NCBI RefSeq assembly: GCF_036321535.1
Contig: NC_087436.1
Span: 44,952,001-45,016,000 of the forward strand
DNA length: 64,000 bases
Direction: 5' to 3'
Source: Camelus dromedarius
Lineage: Eukaryota
Part shown: one piece after another, positions 36,253 to 49,830 of the stretch
Layout of the letters: each line of letters begins with the position of its first letter
Numbering within the stretch: position 1 is the stretch's first letter
Notes under the pieces: generated by a model
Seen by the model: only the letters and a program-made list of their open reading frames with translations
Databases searched by the model: none
Told to the model about the DNA's origin: nothing
Program-made: the position numbers and the translations under genes

Positions 36253-37659
36253 AAGAGTCTAGGGAGAGTCCCTGTGATTCTAACTGACTTGCATAAAAAT
36301 AGGCCTGCCAGTGCAAGCACTCAATAAATAGTTGTTGAGGAAAGGCAGAAAGGCAGAAAAGCAGAAAACATATTTCATTGTTGGATACGATTTACATATA
36401 TTAAAAATACTGGATAAATTAACTCTTTAATTCTCAGGAGTTCTAACAACAATTTAAAAAATTGCATAATTCATGTATTGACTGCTCAGCAAATTAATGT
36501 ATTTTTTTTTTTTTTTGTATACATGGAGTCTGGAAAGCCAGGCATTAGCCTATATATAAAGGTTATTTTGGCACAGATATTTGGTTCAGCCATGTTAAAA
36601 CACATTTATATCTTTGTTATTTTATTAAAACCTATGTCTTTATTTATTAAAGATATGTCTTTGTAAATGGCAGCAACTTATATTAAGTAAATACACGCAT
36701 GTTCTGCAATATTACCTAAACTGAAAAGTTTAGGCCAAAGTCATGGTAAGGCAAAAAGCATTGTGGTGACCATTTTATTATTATAGAAAATTAAGCAGCA
36801 TCAGCACACTCATGGCTCTCCAAAATGTATGGCAAAAGGAAAAAAAAAAAGAAAGAAATGCTGTCAATAACCTTCAAGTCCTTCAACAGCCAGTGAAAAG
36901 ACAGCTGAAAAGATCTCACAGGCCAGTTGTCACACATGACGATGCAGGTGCTTCTAAGCACACAGCTTTCGCCTCTGCAGAAGTGTTGTAAGGGGTCACA
37001 TTTGGAAGGCAATTGACTTCTGAGTGCAACACGGCAGACTTTCTGGCTACTTCTACTTTTTTAGGAAAGACTTTGAGGTGAGAGTATCCTTCTGTTCTTG
37101 CTTTAAATAGATTATAATTATGTATTATTCCCTGAGTTTCTTAATTTTCACGTACGAATCAAATAATCACATGAAAATCAGGTTGATTTCCCCCAAATAA
37201 TTTTAAATTGTGAAAATGTGGTCATTATTTTAAGATATTTATCATTATTGTTAGTCTCCAGAAAGAATTTCCTTCATTTTGATCTGAAATATATGTGCCT
37301 CTATAATAAAATGAGATACTTACATATTCCCTGCTCCTCCCCTACAAAAATTCCAGGTCCCAGACTTAGAGTGGCAAGAGCTCCTTAACTGAACACCTTC
37401 TGTTATAAGTAAAATTAGACAAATTAAATACTCCTACTCCACTATTACCACAGGTGCTTTATAAAGTGGTTTGAGCGGTTTGTGTGAATTACAATATAGG
37501 ACTCTTACAGGCTACAGTGTTTTGGGTGTGTTAGAGAATAAATAAATACGGGTGTGTATATACATATACTAAATTCAAGCTTATGGTTATTTTTAGGTAT
37601 AATTCTGTAGAATTCCTATACTTACATAGTAGGCATAAATATCAGTCAATGTCTAATGT

Positions 37660-37845
37660 TAACTCATTAATCCTCATTAAAAAACTGTGAAAGAAGATTA
37701 TTATCATCCCTACTTTACAAATGAGATAACTGAGGCACAGAGAGGGTGGGGCTATTGTCACAAATCATAATAATAGCAAGTAGTCAAGCTGTGAGTTAAA
37801 CCAAAATAGTCTGACTCTGGAATCCATGCTTTTAACTATGCAAAA
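37660..37845 (-). mobile_element. MIR SINE
   Basis: 'attattatcatccctactttacaaatgagataactgaggcacagagagg...agtctgactctggaatccatgcttttaac'. Confidence 0.85.
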
Positions 37846-38279
37846 CTGCGTTTTTATGGTCAAAAGTTTACTTGAATTTTAAGGTAATCTCATCCACTTT
37901 ATTATATAGTTCAGCTATAATAAAAGAAGAGGAAAATACATATTTTTAAATCATGAATATGTTTTCATATTTTGTCATTTTACCAGTATAATTTCACAGC
38001 TATAATAACCAATGAATTATTAGTTTGGTTAAATTTTCAAATGAGAAAGAAGTTAAATTTTCAATTTGCATTTGATATCATTATTATTGTCCTTGTCAAT
38101 TCAGATATATAATAAAACTAGAGACATTAAAAATCTCTAAGGCTGAGAAAAACTGTGAAAATCAGGTCAATCATTTAGCATGATTTAGTAGAAGAATCTT
38201 TTTTCTCTTTTCATTTTTTCTTTTTCTTTTTTTCTTTTTCTTCTTCTTCTTTGTTTTTTTTTTTTAAGCTAGCAAGTTC

Positions 38280-38650
38280 TGCTAAAGAGCCCAGAGCTTT
38301 TCCAGTCTTTATCTTATTTGATTTCTCTGTTACATGAAACTGCTAAACAAATTCTTCATTCTTGAAAAGCCTTCTTCCCTTGGATTTCACGACACTACGC
38401 TGTGCTGGCTACGCTGTACCTCCCCATTGGGGGGATTCATCCTCCTCTGCTAATTTATGAAGTATTGGTCTCCCAGACTTTCATACTTGGACCTCTGGCT
38501 TCACACTGCACATCCTTCCAAATGGCAGGCTGATTCCTAAAGCTTTATCTCTTGCATTCTACCCCCGTATCATCTACTAAACTTTTGCATGTGACGTCTC
38601 ACAAGCATGCCAAACTCAAAAGTGAACACATCTTCCCCTCAAAGTTCAAA
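38280..38650 (+). mobile_element. L2 LINE internal fragment
   Basis: 'cagtctttatcttatttgatttctctg', 'ttcttgaaaagccttcttcccttggatttcacgacac', 'ctgattcctaaagctttatctct'. Confidence 0.65.
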
Positions 38651-40234
38651 CCACCTCTTCTTTCTTCTCCTCCTCCCCCTTCCTTCTCCTTTCTTTCTCC
38701 TCATCTATTGTCCCATGCCTTATCTAGCCCATTTAATTTCAAGCCTGTAAAGTTCTATCTGACTTACAAACAAATAAACAAAACAATAATGTTTCCTACC
38801 AGCGTCCTCCTTTGAACTAAGTTGAAATCCCCTTTATGTTACCACATTGAATCAGATATAATTCACTTACACTTTCATACACAAACATATTTATTGAATG
38901 CCTACAAAGTAGTAAAGACTTGATTCATTATTTCCATAAGCTCAAAATCAAGTGGGATTTATAAAATAGCAATTTATTAGATGGGCTTATTCAGATTAAT
39001 AATATGAATTAGTAAGAGTAAGTAGTCTAATCTCTACTTTAAAGTTGATGAATTTGAATCCCAGGAAAGTACAATGGTTTACCCAAAATGAAACAGCCAT
39101 AAATTTGCAGACTTGATCCAGAAAATATTGTCTTCTTGATCTACCCTCCTCTCAAACCATGGTCTCATATTTTTAAGAAGAAAAATTAGTATTGAATTGT
39201 ACTTCTGGTACTCATGAGAGAAGACCAGGTGTTAGACTTTTCCTATGAGTACAACAGCATTAATATAGAAAGATTTATTAGACGGCATGTTCAGCAGAGA
39301 TCAAAGACTTCAAGGGCTAGGATCCAGGACAGGTGATTTTTAATGGGAAAGACAAAAGGAACACTGGTCAAGCCAAAAAGGACCAGATTTTAAGTCTCAG
39401 GAGAGTCCTCTGAGCAGCTCCGAAGCAGTTTGAGCATGGTGGAAATCCGAGAGTGAGAAGATGAGGTAAAAAACAAGTGTATGAGGGATTTAAGCAGTAG
39501 ATCATGGCTCAAGACAGACTGAGGCCATTTCACCTTCCAAGGGATAATTCCCCAGTATGTCATTTGAGGTGTACCCCTGCCATACATCATGGAGCAATTC
39601 CAAAATCTCTGTCATAAGGAATGAATTCATTAAGCAATCTTCAGAATCCTCTGTGACCTGGAAAATCTCAAAATTCCATAAAAGCAAATCTCTGAGTCAT
39701 GTATATCTAATTCATCTCCTCTTTTGTCAATTTCCCCAAAGCAAAATTCCATATATCGTGAGGTCTATAAATGAAATGTGTGCTATTGAAAAAGAAATCC
39801 ATGATTTTGCAAGTAATGCAATCATCCTAAACCATCTTTTTGCCCATGAAGCTTCTGTTTTCAGAAATTGAAAACTTACCTAACATTCTCTAAATCAAAT
39901 ATGTCCTGCTCAGGAATCTTAAAACTGCCTCTTAGCCACCTGACATCCTTATCTTCTTGTCCAAAACTTACCTTATTTCCACACATGATTTGCACTCTAT
40001 GACACATCAACTAAACAATTCACTAACCACTACCCGTTTTCTTCTAGCTCAACATATCTTTATAAACTTTTTCTAAGTGATACTCACACAAGAATATATA
40101 CTAATTTTACAAATCAAGTCTCTCCAAACTCATTTTTCATGGCTTCTATGACCCCAATTATTCTGAAAGTCTACATATATTTTACCATTTCTTCCTCCAA
40201 GATTCTTGCACCTAGGTGAACATCTTTATTATAG

Positions 40235-40500
40235 TTGGGAATTTTTTCCTGAAGGGTATGATTAAGAAATTTGAGCCCTAGAGAGCACTGCTGAGGTTCG
40301 GATCCTGGCTCCACCACCTTCGAGCTCTGTGAACTTAGCTCCTTAACCACCCTGTGCCTGAACGTCTTTCTCTTTAAAACAGGGATAGTAAATAATATTA
40401 TCAACATCACAGGGCTCTTCTGAGGATTGAATAAGACACTGTGCGTAAAGCCATTAGGACAAGAATGCCCGTAGTAAACACTGATGAGAGGTTTACTCAG
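40235..40500 (+). mobile_element. Near full-length MIR SINE
   Basis: 'gattaagaa...ggttcggatcctggctccaccac...ctgtgaactt...gaggattgaataag...gtaaagcc...tagtaaacact'; B box GGTTCGGATCC. Confidence 0.8.
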
Positions 40501-40527
40501 CAGTAGCAGCAGCCGTCACAGTCACTG

Positions 40528-40750
40528 TCGTAGAAAGAGAGGGCTCTGGAGTGAGGTGACTCCTGGCTCCCTGGCTCTGCCACCAATTAGCTTTACAACC
40601 TTTGACAAGTTACTTACTGTATCTCTGAATCTGGTTTCATTATCTGTAAAACTGAGATAATAGTGCCACAATAAAGTTAAGGAAAGATAAAATAAACTAA
40701 TGTGTGTATAATGTTTAACACAGTACCTGGCATACTATAAACATAAAATA
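40528..40750 (+). mobile_element. Second MIR SINE in tandem
   Basis: 'gggctctggagtgag...ctggctctgccaccaattagct...gacaagttactta...ttcattatctgtaaaactgagataatagt...acacagtacctggcata'. Confidence 0.8.
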
Positions 40751-40849
40751 GTAATACTTATAGAGTATTCTCAAGTAAAGATTAGGAGAACTCACTTTCA
40801 AGAAAAATAACTCAATTCAACAAATATTCTGCCCCCTAGACATCTAGTC

Positions 40850-41220
40850 CATTCATCCAACTAATTCCTACTCATTTTTCAAGTATTGGCCTAAAAGTCA
40901 CTTTGTAAAGTGGCTTGGTAGCTTAGAAGAGGTCCTCAGGTTCTGGAAAGGATTGCAGCCTGGCTGCGACCTTGACCACCGCTTTGACCATGTCCCAGTC
41001 TAGGTTTGCCACCCCTGCTATACGCGGCCCCATGGCACCCTGCCCTTCCATTTACCATTCACACCACTTGCCATTACTTTTCAATCTGTACCTGCTGCCC
41101 GAAGCTAACAATTCAAGAAAGGTAGGGTCCCCATCTGACCTGTGGGCTGCTGGAACCCCAGGAATGAGGGAAATGCACAGAGTGTAGTTTCAAATTTATA
41201 AAGTGAATAAATAAATGAAA
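40850..41220 (+). mobile_element. L2 3' end fragment
   Basis: 'ctaattcctactcatttttcaag...aaagtcactt', ending 'gtgaataaataaatgaa'. Confidence 0.5.
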
Positions 41221-42214
41221 GATAAGAGCTAAGATAAATATTATTTGAAGAAGTAACAGCAAACTACTAAGGAGGTTTAAGGGAAGGAAAGATTCTATTC
41301 ACATGAGTCTGTCAAATAGGGACCTTGGCAAGAGAAAGGGCATTTACGAAGGTCTTGAATGTTAAATGGGTCTTGGTTATATGGATTTTGAAGAAGGTCA
41401 CATAGCTAGAGGGGACGGCATTCTTGGAATCTCAGAGAGAGTCCTCAGTCAATAGCATCCTCTTCCCCAGCCAGGTTCTGTGTGTGTTGAGAAATAAAGC
41501 AAAGAATAAGCTAAAATATGGACTTTACTATTGATAGATGCCACACTGAAAGACGCAGCTTAGTTCAAGAACCAAATGCGCCTGCTAATGGAATCCCAGA
41601 GTTAGGCAGGCTGACCGAGCCGATAGCAGCAACCCCAAACCTGTGCCCTGGAGCCAAAAGGGCTCAAACTCAGCAGTTAGATCACAATTAAAGAAGGGCA
41701 GAGATATGCTGAGCTCATCCCTCCCAAAGGTATTCATCAGAAAAGTTACTCCATCTTCCCAGAGGTAGAGAAGGAAGGGACAGAAAAAGACCAATATTGT
41801 GCTGAGGGAAAATCTCTCCTTATGGAAACCAAGAGTGCAGGAAGGCGTTTTTCTCCAATAAGAACAAATGGTGTATTGGCAACTACTGTGAAGACCAAAT
41901 TGTTGGGGTTCAAAATGCAGGATATTTGAAAGGACATATTAGGGGATGAGGTTAAAATAATGGGGTCAGGGCTTTGAGGAGTATTTCAATTGATACAATG
42001 AAATATTGCCACATAATCTTTAAGAAAGTTGAAGCCATTTAGGAAGAGCAGTATGTGATCCAAACTTCTCAGAGTGACAGCCTATTGCAGCAGTGAGAAT
42101 CGTGGAGCTAGGCTGAAGCTAGACTGCTGGGTTTCTCACCTTTTTGTTTGTTTCTTTCTTTTTTCTTTTTTTCTTTTTTTTTTTTTTTTCCTTATCAGCC
42201 AAAGAAAAGGATAG

Positions 42215-42445
42215 GACAGCAAAGCATTAGCTCTGAGTTAGGCAAATCTGCATTCAATTCTCTATTCTGTCACTTATTAGTTCTGAAATCTTAGAGAAGC
42301 TACTTAATCATTCTGAGATCTGAGACTCCATTTTATCATCCTTACAGCTACATCGCTAGGTTGATCTTAAGTGAGATCATGTACGTAAAGTGCCTTGAAC
42401 TTAGCAGACACTCAGTTAATGGTTACTATTATTTTTTATTGCTAT
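42215..42445 (+). mobile_element. MIR SINE
   Basis: 'ctctgagttaggcaaatctgcattcaattc...cacttattag...gtgagatcatgtacgtaaagtgcctt...cactcagttaatggttactattatt'. Confidence 0.75.
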
Positions 42446-44734
42446 TGTATAATCTTATAGAATATATGTGCTCTGAAAATATGAACTAAATGCCTCTCAT
42501 TGTGTATATAATTGTTTCAGGGCATAGACTAGCACTACACCAGAGAAATACGATGAAAACCAATTTGAGATGACAAAGAGGAAGATGCATCGGAGAGCCT
42601 GTCCTTCAGCAGATCCCTAGTGGCATGGCAGTTTTAATGGCTTTAGAATCCTGTGTGCAGTTCTATTTTATCTGGTTACTTTTAAAGTTATGTGTATAAA
42701 TAATGTTCTAAATATAACACAGGTCATAGATCTGAGGACTGAGAGATCTACTACATTCATGTCTTCAAGAGATCAGCTACAGATAATCCCACATATCCTG
42801 ACCATACACGAGTTATTGTTTGCTAAATACATTATTTTTTTCTCTTTTTAAAAATATATGAAGATTAGCTGAAGTTTTTAGCAAAGGGTATTAAATGGCA
42901 TATCAGGATGCTTTGCATTGACTCTGTATCATTTTATAATTTGGTGTTAAAATAAGAAGCTACTGTGCAAGGCGGGAGCATTAGTAAATTGACGTCTCTT
43001 TAGACAAAGCTGAACAACATCTTTTTAGTTTCAGTGAGCAGCACAACAGAACTTGCTATAATCGTATACAGATGATGGGAATTTGTCTAATGTTTTATGG
43101 TGAATCATTGATGAAGCCAGCAGAAGGAAAATTTGTAGAAATAAAATCACCTTGACAGTAGAGTACCAGGGTCAAAAAGCAAAGTCAAGTCAATGTTCTT
43201 AGCTTTAATAAAAACAGTATGATCTGTCATCAACACAGCATTTTTACACTCGTGGACAATGCACCCTGAGATCTCCTGTTGGGTTTCATTTGATTTTTAC
43301 CAAAACCAACAAAGGACAACTTACAGCTGGTGATTCATTGTGACAGGAGAAAGCCATAAAGATACGCATGTTTAGACCCTTGTAAATAAACAGTCTCCAG
43401 TGTGATTTTTCAATACAAAGGACGTTATCCAGGCTGTAGAGGAACAACCACCGAGTTTCTCTAAATGATGACTCCGTGTCTAAAGATTAAGAAAAAGCAA
43501 TTATTTTGCATGTCATTGCCACACATCTCAGGCTGTTCTCCAACTGGATTGAAGGTAGTCTTAGGTAAGAAATAAAAATGCATGCTCCCTGATGAGACGG
43601 AATAGTGCCATGTAGTCTCCATAACAATACTGCCGGATAGGAAAGCCAAACAAACAGAATAATTAATAATTAAACACAAAGATTAAAAGAGATTGTCACT
43701 GGGGTTCTACCTCAGAAATGGTGCAAAGTCAGTAACAAGCTCCCATTCTTCATCTCTAGACAGTTTTCTTCCCTCATGAAAGCAGAGAAAATGCAGACTC
43801 AGAAAGAATTGTTTAAACAGTTTTTCATTGAGTATCACACGTGCTGTAATTTTCAAAAAGAAGTTCCAATTAAACCAAATTCATAAAAACTGGTAACAGA
43901 TTATTTCTTGACAACTGTTACCTCATTGTATTGTCTTGAGTCATCTTGAAATTTTTATTTTCTTATTTTTGAACTTATGTGCTGAAGTTCTAAATGGTAT
44001 GACTGATTTATAATGTAAGATATACAGCTTATAAAATGATACCTCATATTCGCCAAATATCAAGGATTTAAGATATTGTGTAAATTAAAATGAATGACAA
44101 CAAAATATATTTATTTGGGAAATAATAAAACATCCAACTTGTGTTAACTCTGCTTTCTGGTATGTATGTAAAGCTAAAATAAGAGTTTTCCATCCACTTC
44201 AGAAATTAGGTCATTTCAGTTTCATTCTGAAGTTTACATTTTAAAATAGTGGCCCTGAGTGAACTAGTGAAAAAGAGAAATTTGATGAGGTAAAAAAAGA
44301 ATAAGTAGTTTTCAGCTGTTGTCCCTATCTTTATAGTTTTATTTCCGTGGCTCTTTCTTTTCATTATTTGTCATTAGCCACTGAAGGCAGCAGTGTTATT
44401 TCAGTGCAACTGTGTTTGCTGTAGAAATACCTGGACTGGATTGAGCAATATGCTAAAACAGACTGTACTAATGTCGCTGGCATTCATAAGAGACCTACAG
44501 CTTTTAAAAATGAGATGCTGGACCACACGACTTCCCCCCTCCCCAATATGAATAATGTATTTACCCTCTGAGAAAGTGACTTTTTCCTGGTCAGGTTTCA
44601 AGTGCATCAGCTTGAGTCATGTTACACAAATCCCCTCCCCCCATTTGTAAAAGATCCCAACCTTCTACTTAGAATTATCTTAGTTCTACTTTGAGATGAT
44701 TAAAGATCTAATTATATTGTCTTAAGATTTGGGA

Positions 44735-44759
44735 TTTTTTTTTTTTTTTTTTTTTTTTT
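44735..44759. repeat. Poly(T) tract (~25 nt)
   Basis: Direct reading. Confidence 0.95.
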
Positions 44760-45130
44760 GCTTTTTGGTTTCACTTTTCAGAAAAAAAGGAGTGATGAGA
44801 TAATAAAAAGAATAATTTCAAAAGCAAACTCATGTTACTTTATCTGGTTAATGCAAGAGGATTTTTTTACCCCCAGCACATCAGAAAGTAATTTACTTAA
44901 AGGAAAGATAGTTAACATAAAACTCAATTTAAACAAAGTGGTTCAAGATTTGATAAGATTTAGAAAACCTAGTTATTTATATTAAACTTTAAATTCTCAG
45001 TTCAGTTAACCTTTCACATCATCACAATATTTTACAAGAGCTGCAGGACAATGTCATTTGACAGTGATCACTAAAATATTTTAGGATAGTAATTTTTAAA
45101 TGTTAGAATGCCTAAAGTTTCAAAAAAGAA

Positions 45131-45330
45131 CTACTACATGTAAAATAGATAAACAGCAAGTTTCTACTGTTCTACAGGGAACTATATTCAATACCTTGTA
45201 ACGGCCTATACTGAAGAAGAATATAAAAATAAACATATATATGTATAAATGAATCATTATGTTGTACACCAGAAATTAACCCATTGTAAATCGAATATAC
45301 TTCAATGAAAAAATGCAAAAAAAGAAAAGA
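45131..45330 (+). mobile_element. L1 3'-UTR terminal fragment
   Basis: 'ctactacatgtaaaatagataaacagcaag...cagggaactatattcaatacc...gaatcattatgttgtacaccagaaattaac...atacttcaatgaaaaaa'. Confidence 0.88.
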
Positions 45331-45439
45331 AACAACGAAGTCTAGAATCTGTGGGTTCTTTGACTTTCTCATTTTCGACATCTCTCCTATATTCCAAGTC
45401 ATTTCTTCTTTCCTTGCAGAGTCTCTCAGATTCCTGGTC

Positions 45440-45900
45440 CCCTCACCTCACATTCTTACTGCCTCCACAGTCATTTGGTGAAAGACCCACCAAATCATCT
45501 TTAGATAATTACACCAAAGCCTTGAGATTGGCCTTCCTACCTGGAGCTTCTTCCTGCTCCATACCACCTACATCCCAACCAGATCAAAACTTCTTAAAAG
45601 ACCACTGTAATTTTCTCTCACCTCCTCGTAGGAGCCATTAATTAACTATTCATTTATGCTCAGAAAGACTGTAAGTCTGCCCCTGCACATCTGGACATCA
45701 TGGAGGAGAGCCATTAACACTGGCCGCCTGCCTGCCTGGCGGGGTCTAACGCTCTCACTTCTCACCAAGCTGACCAACTTCTAAGGCTTCCTCTATTCCT
45801 ATGGCCATGATCTTTCTCTTGCTGGAATGTGTCCCCCTCCTTTCTTCCTCCCTTCACCTTAAGGTCCACCTTCCCCTTGAAAGCTTCTTGAAGGCCCCAG
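45440..45900 (+). mobile_element. L2 3' fragments
   Basis: 'tctttagataattacaccaaagcc', 'cttgctggaatgtgtccccctcc...aaggtccaccttccccttgaaagcttcttga'. Confidence 0.5.
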
Positions 45901-45994
45901 CCAGCATAATTATAGGAACCACTTTTTTTATTTCTTCCATATTTAAAGGTGATTATAACAAGTACCGTTACAGCTGCCACCACCATTGATTCTT

Positions 45995-46200
45995 TCCATG
46001 CATAAGGCACCATGCTAAGCATTTATATATTAAAATAATGTATATTATTTTATGTAATTCTTGTGAAAATCCTATGAAGCATAAATAACTTGAAATTCAA
46101 AGAGTTTAACCATCTTGCCTCTTGTCGTTGGATCAGAAGGCAAGAGAGCTAGGATTTTAAACCACAAGTGTCTGACTCCAAAACCATTATTCTTGACAAA
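45995..46200 (-). mobile_element. MIR SINE
   Basis: 'aggcaccatgctaagcatttat...ctaggattttaaaccacaagtgtctgactccaaaacc'. Confidence 0.65.
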
Positions 46201-47014
46201 TACCAAATATAGTTTTCATAGATTTATTTTGTATATACCACAAGGCTATCTTGCAGGCAAAGACTTTGGAGATCTTCAACAAAAACCGTGTTGATTACTA
46301 AAACACTACATGTAGTGTTAATGGAATATTTAAGCAGTATATCTGGATCTCCTTTATTGCTTCATCTCCCTCCTATCATCTGTTTACCTGTTGCTAGTAG
46401 TTAACTGGATTACTGTGATTTTTTTTTAAAGAGCCAAAATTTGAAATAAAATGTCTTACTATGATTCTGGTCTGGAGAAGTAGAAAATAGAAGAAGAGAG
46501 CAAGTGAATATTAAAGAGCTAGGACACAAACAAATACAAACCAGTTCTTTGTAGTTCTTAGAACTATACTAAGCAGACAGAAAAGTAAACAGAGTAACTA
46601 GAGTCATGTCGGCTTTTAAGAAATATTTTCACTAGAGGAAAGTTTAAGCCGATCTTGCATATGTGCATTTATACTTTATGGGTACTTTTTTAAAGTCTAC
46701 ATCCAGCTAAACAGAGTCAAATGCAATATTCAGAGGTATTGCCAGCTCAGCAAGCATGCAGGTGACCCCTATCCATCCAGATCCTATTTAATCATCGTGT
46801 GTCTGTGTGCACCAGTCCCGGGCTGGGTGCCCGGGGAACAGCGGTGACAGAGGCAGCCACAGCCCCCACGGGCGTACAACCAGGATCTCACTATTCAGTC
46901 TCCAGAATGAACTGAAGCCCGCCTTCTGCACCAAGCCTTCCTTAGTAGCCCTCATTGGAAGTGATTTCTTCTCCCTCTGAAATCTTCTCAAATTCTCTTA
47001 AATCTTTTGACACT

Positions 47015-47250
47015 TAGCATGGTGTTTAAAAGCACAAACTTTGAAGCCAGATTACTAGGTTTGAACCCATAAGCTGCACTTACTAGCTCTGTGTCTTTGG
47101 GCAAATTCTTTAATCTCTCTGTCCTTATGAGAATGATAATACTATACACCTTATATGGTTGTTGTGAAGATTAGATGAATTAACACTATAAAGCCTTTGG
47201 AGAATTCCAGGTGCACAATAAGTACTCAGTAACAGTCAGCTGTTCTTATA
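47015..47250 (+). mobile_element. MIR SINE
   Basis: 'tagcatggtgtttaaaagcacaaactttgaagccag...ggtttgaacc...cacttactagctctgtgtctttgggcaaattctttaatctctctgt...ggttgttgtgaagattagatga'. Confidence 0.85.
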
Positions 47251-49629
47251 TAATGAGTACCACCTCCCACCACCACCAGCATCATCATTGGGCACCCATC
47301 TTATATACTCTTATGCATTCATTACTTTTACACGTGTTCAGGGAAACTCTTTTCACAGATGATACATCGTCTTCTTCATGTCCTCACATTGAGAATGACA
47401 CTGTCTTTTACAATTAATACTATTAATTGACAGCCATTGTAGGCAGGCACTTCATCTCTATAGTCAAATGCATAAAAAACCTCATCATTCATTTCTTCGG
47501 AAAATAGAAAAAGATTTCATTTTTTTTCTACAGAGAGAACTCTGATTTAAATCTCGAGAGACTATTTCTTTCCTATCAAAATCATAGTATGTTGCCCATT
47601 AACTCTGTAGGCAGTTTTGCCAATAAACTCTAAAAGATCAGACCCTTAGATGGACTCAATTTTGAGAAACAGGCAAAGAGGCAAAGAGCTTGATAAATAC
47701 AATGCTACCAGTAAAGACTCAAAGAATATTCTCTACCAACATTAAGGCAAGATGTGAGAGAAAGGATCTTAGATAAATCATTTCAAATATCCAGTCAATT
47801 GCTTTGCTTTCAATCCCCTTGAAAGGAAAAACGATTATGCTTTTTAGCTGTCAGAACAAAACTCTAGGGTAATTCATAAGGCATTATATTAACACATATA
47901 AAACAAAATGAAAAACAGCTTCACAGTATGACCTTACACTTGAACAAAATCTGGAGCAAGTGTATTGTAGGCCAGATTAATGCCCAGTTTACCAGGCAAA
48001 TAAATTCCACAGTGAGTCACCCTCCTGCTGCTTTATTCTGCCGGTGAGGAAATCACAGCTCTAGTTTTAAATAGAGCGTAGCTATTTCAAAACAAAATAG
48101 AGGCGACTACTCCAAGCAGAGCCACAACTTTTTTCTTTCCTTATGAAATTTAGGGGATTTTCAAATTATTTTTTAAGGCTTTAGGGAGCAAATAAGTTAA
48201 GAAAGAGTCACAAACTACAGGAGAAGTCGGCCCTGCACTTAGGAGACAGGCTATAAAGCAGTGTACTGTTGTGACTGTTACCTGCGTGTATTTTAAGTAC
48301 AGTATATTGAACAATATCATACACAAAAAGGAAGTGTATTTACTACAGAGGAGACAGTCGGCTGGGCTTCTTCAAAAGCAGATATTTCAGAGTTTACTTT
48401 CACATGGGTTTTCACTTTTTGACCTGCTCTTGACCTGGGTAATTCTTGCAGACCAGTGAGTTTAACAAGGCCTGGGATCTATTAAAAAAGTGGTAGCCTG
48501 CTTTTTACTGAGTAGCACGCTGATGGTTTAAAGTAAATGTTATGGTTTGTCACAGGAACCAATTTGGTTACCGTTTGTTCTTCCTGCCCCTGCCTGCTGA
48601 TATTTTTGCAAGTGTTTTCCATTCTTTAAATTCTATAAAGAAATCTGCATGCTGTTATTTTAAACTTCAGGATCTCTCTTTTTTTAGTGATTCGTGTTTT
48701 AAAACTGGGCAGTGCCCCCACAGTTTCCTTTGTGTACTTCTTGGTAGAACTTGAACTCACAGTGCCTGACCCTGAAATGAAGCCCATTATCTTTTCAACG
48801 CAAAATAACTATGAAGTCACTCTCAGATTTAACTGGGTTTTAAAATCCTGTTAATACAAGCACTGACCTGTGTTTGACAGAGAAAAAAATAATAATAACA
48901 TGAAATATCCATTGATTACAAGAGAAAAGAAATGATTTTTAAATGTTTCCATTTATATATCATGTTATTAATGAACTTGGTGGTGGGAGGCTTCATAAAT
49001 CTTGCTAGATAGTCCTGTAAGGCTAACTAAACATAAAACTGATTTTGTATTACTTTTTTTCTAATATCAGTTAGCTCAGGATCAATTTGAGAGATGACAT
49101 TAACAAAATGCCAAGTTTGTGGCAAAGAGAAAATCTAAGCAAAAGTTAGCTGGCTCAGGTTGGCCAGAGCACATAAGCTGGTTTTGACGTGAATGTAGAA
49201 GGAGATTAAGCCAGGCGCTGAAGGGAGTCATTCCCCCCCTCAGTAGCATTAAGGACAAAGATTCTACGTATTGTGCAAATCCTCTGATGTATGGTTTTTG
49301 GGATGCTTTCTTTTTGTTGTCCTCAAAGATACACAGTACTGTATACCAGTGCTTCCCAGCATTATTACCGACAAGTGCTATCAATACTTCTAACTATTAT
49401 AATCTTTAAGTTTACCATTGCAAGACAGTCCCATTGTTGTGATGACTGAACCAAAAAAAGAAGGGCAGAGGTGAAACTGAGTAGTAGGTATACACTACAC
49501 TGCTGAGATCCAAATTACCAGCACATGAACGTGTGGTTAGTATTTATCACATATATTATCCAAAATAAAACATCTTATTTAAATAATACAGAGATCATTC
49601 TGCTGCAAAAGTGTTTGCACCTTTAATAG

Positions 49630-49830
49630 GATCTAAGTGCCTCATATGTATTATTTCATTTATTCCTCATGTCATCCCTTTATAGTGGACATTATTATTT
49701 TCAATTTGAGAGGAAAATCCTGAGGGCCAGAGAAGTTAAGAAACTTGACCATGGTCATGGAGCTCGTTAAGTGACAGATGGGGATTCCAAGCGTTGGTTG
49801 TGTAACTACAAAGCCTTACGTATTTTCCTT
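49630..49830 (-). mobile_element. MIR SINE
   Basis: 'tattatttcatttattcctca...gaggaaaatcctgagggccagagaagttaagaaacttgaccatggtcat...taagtgacagatgggga'. Confidence 0.75.

Noticed and set aside
39874..39900. Minus-strand TAG|GTAAGT as another recursive site
   Set aside because: Poor pyrimidine tract with upstream AGs close by
46302..46319. 18-bp perfect palindrome aacactacatgtagtgtt
   Set aside because: A 9-bp-arm palindrome is not unexpected by chance in 64 kb of AT-rich DNA
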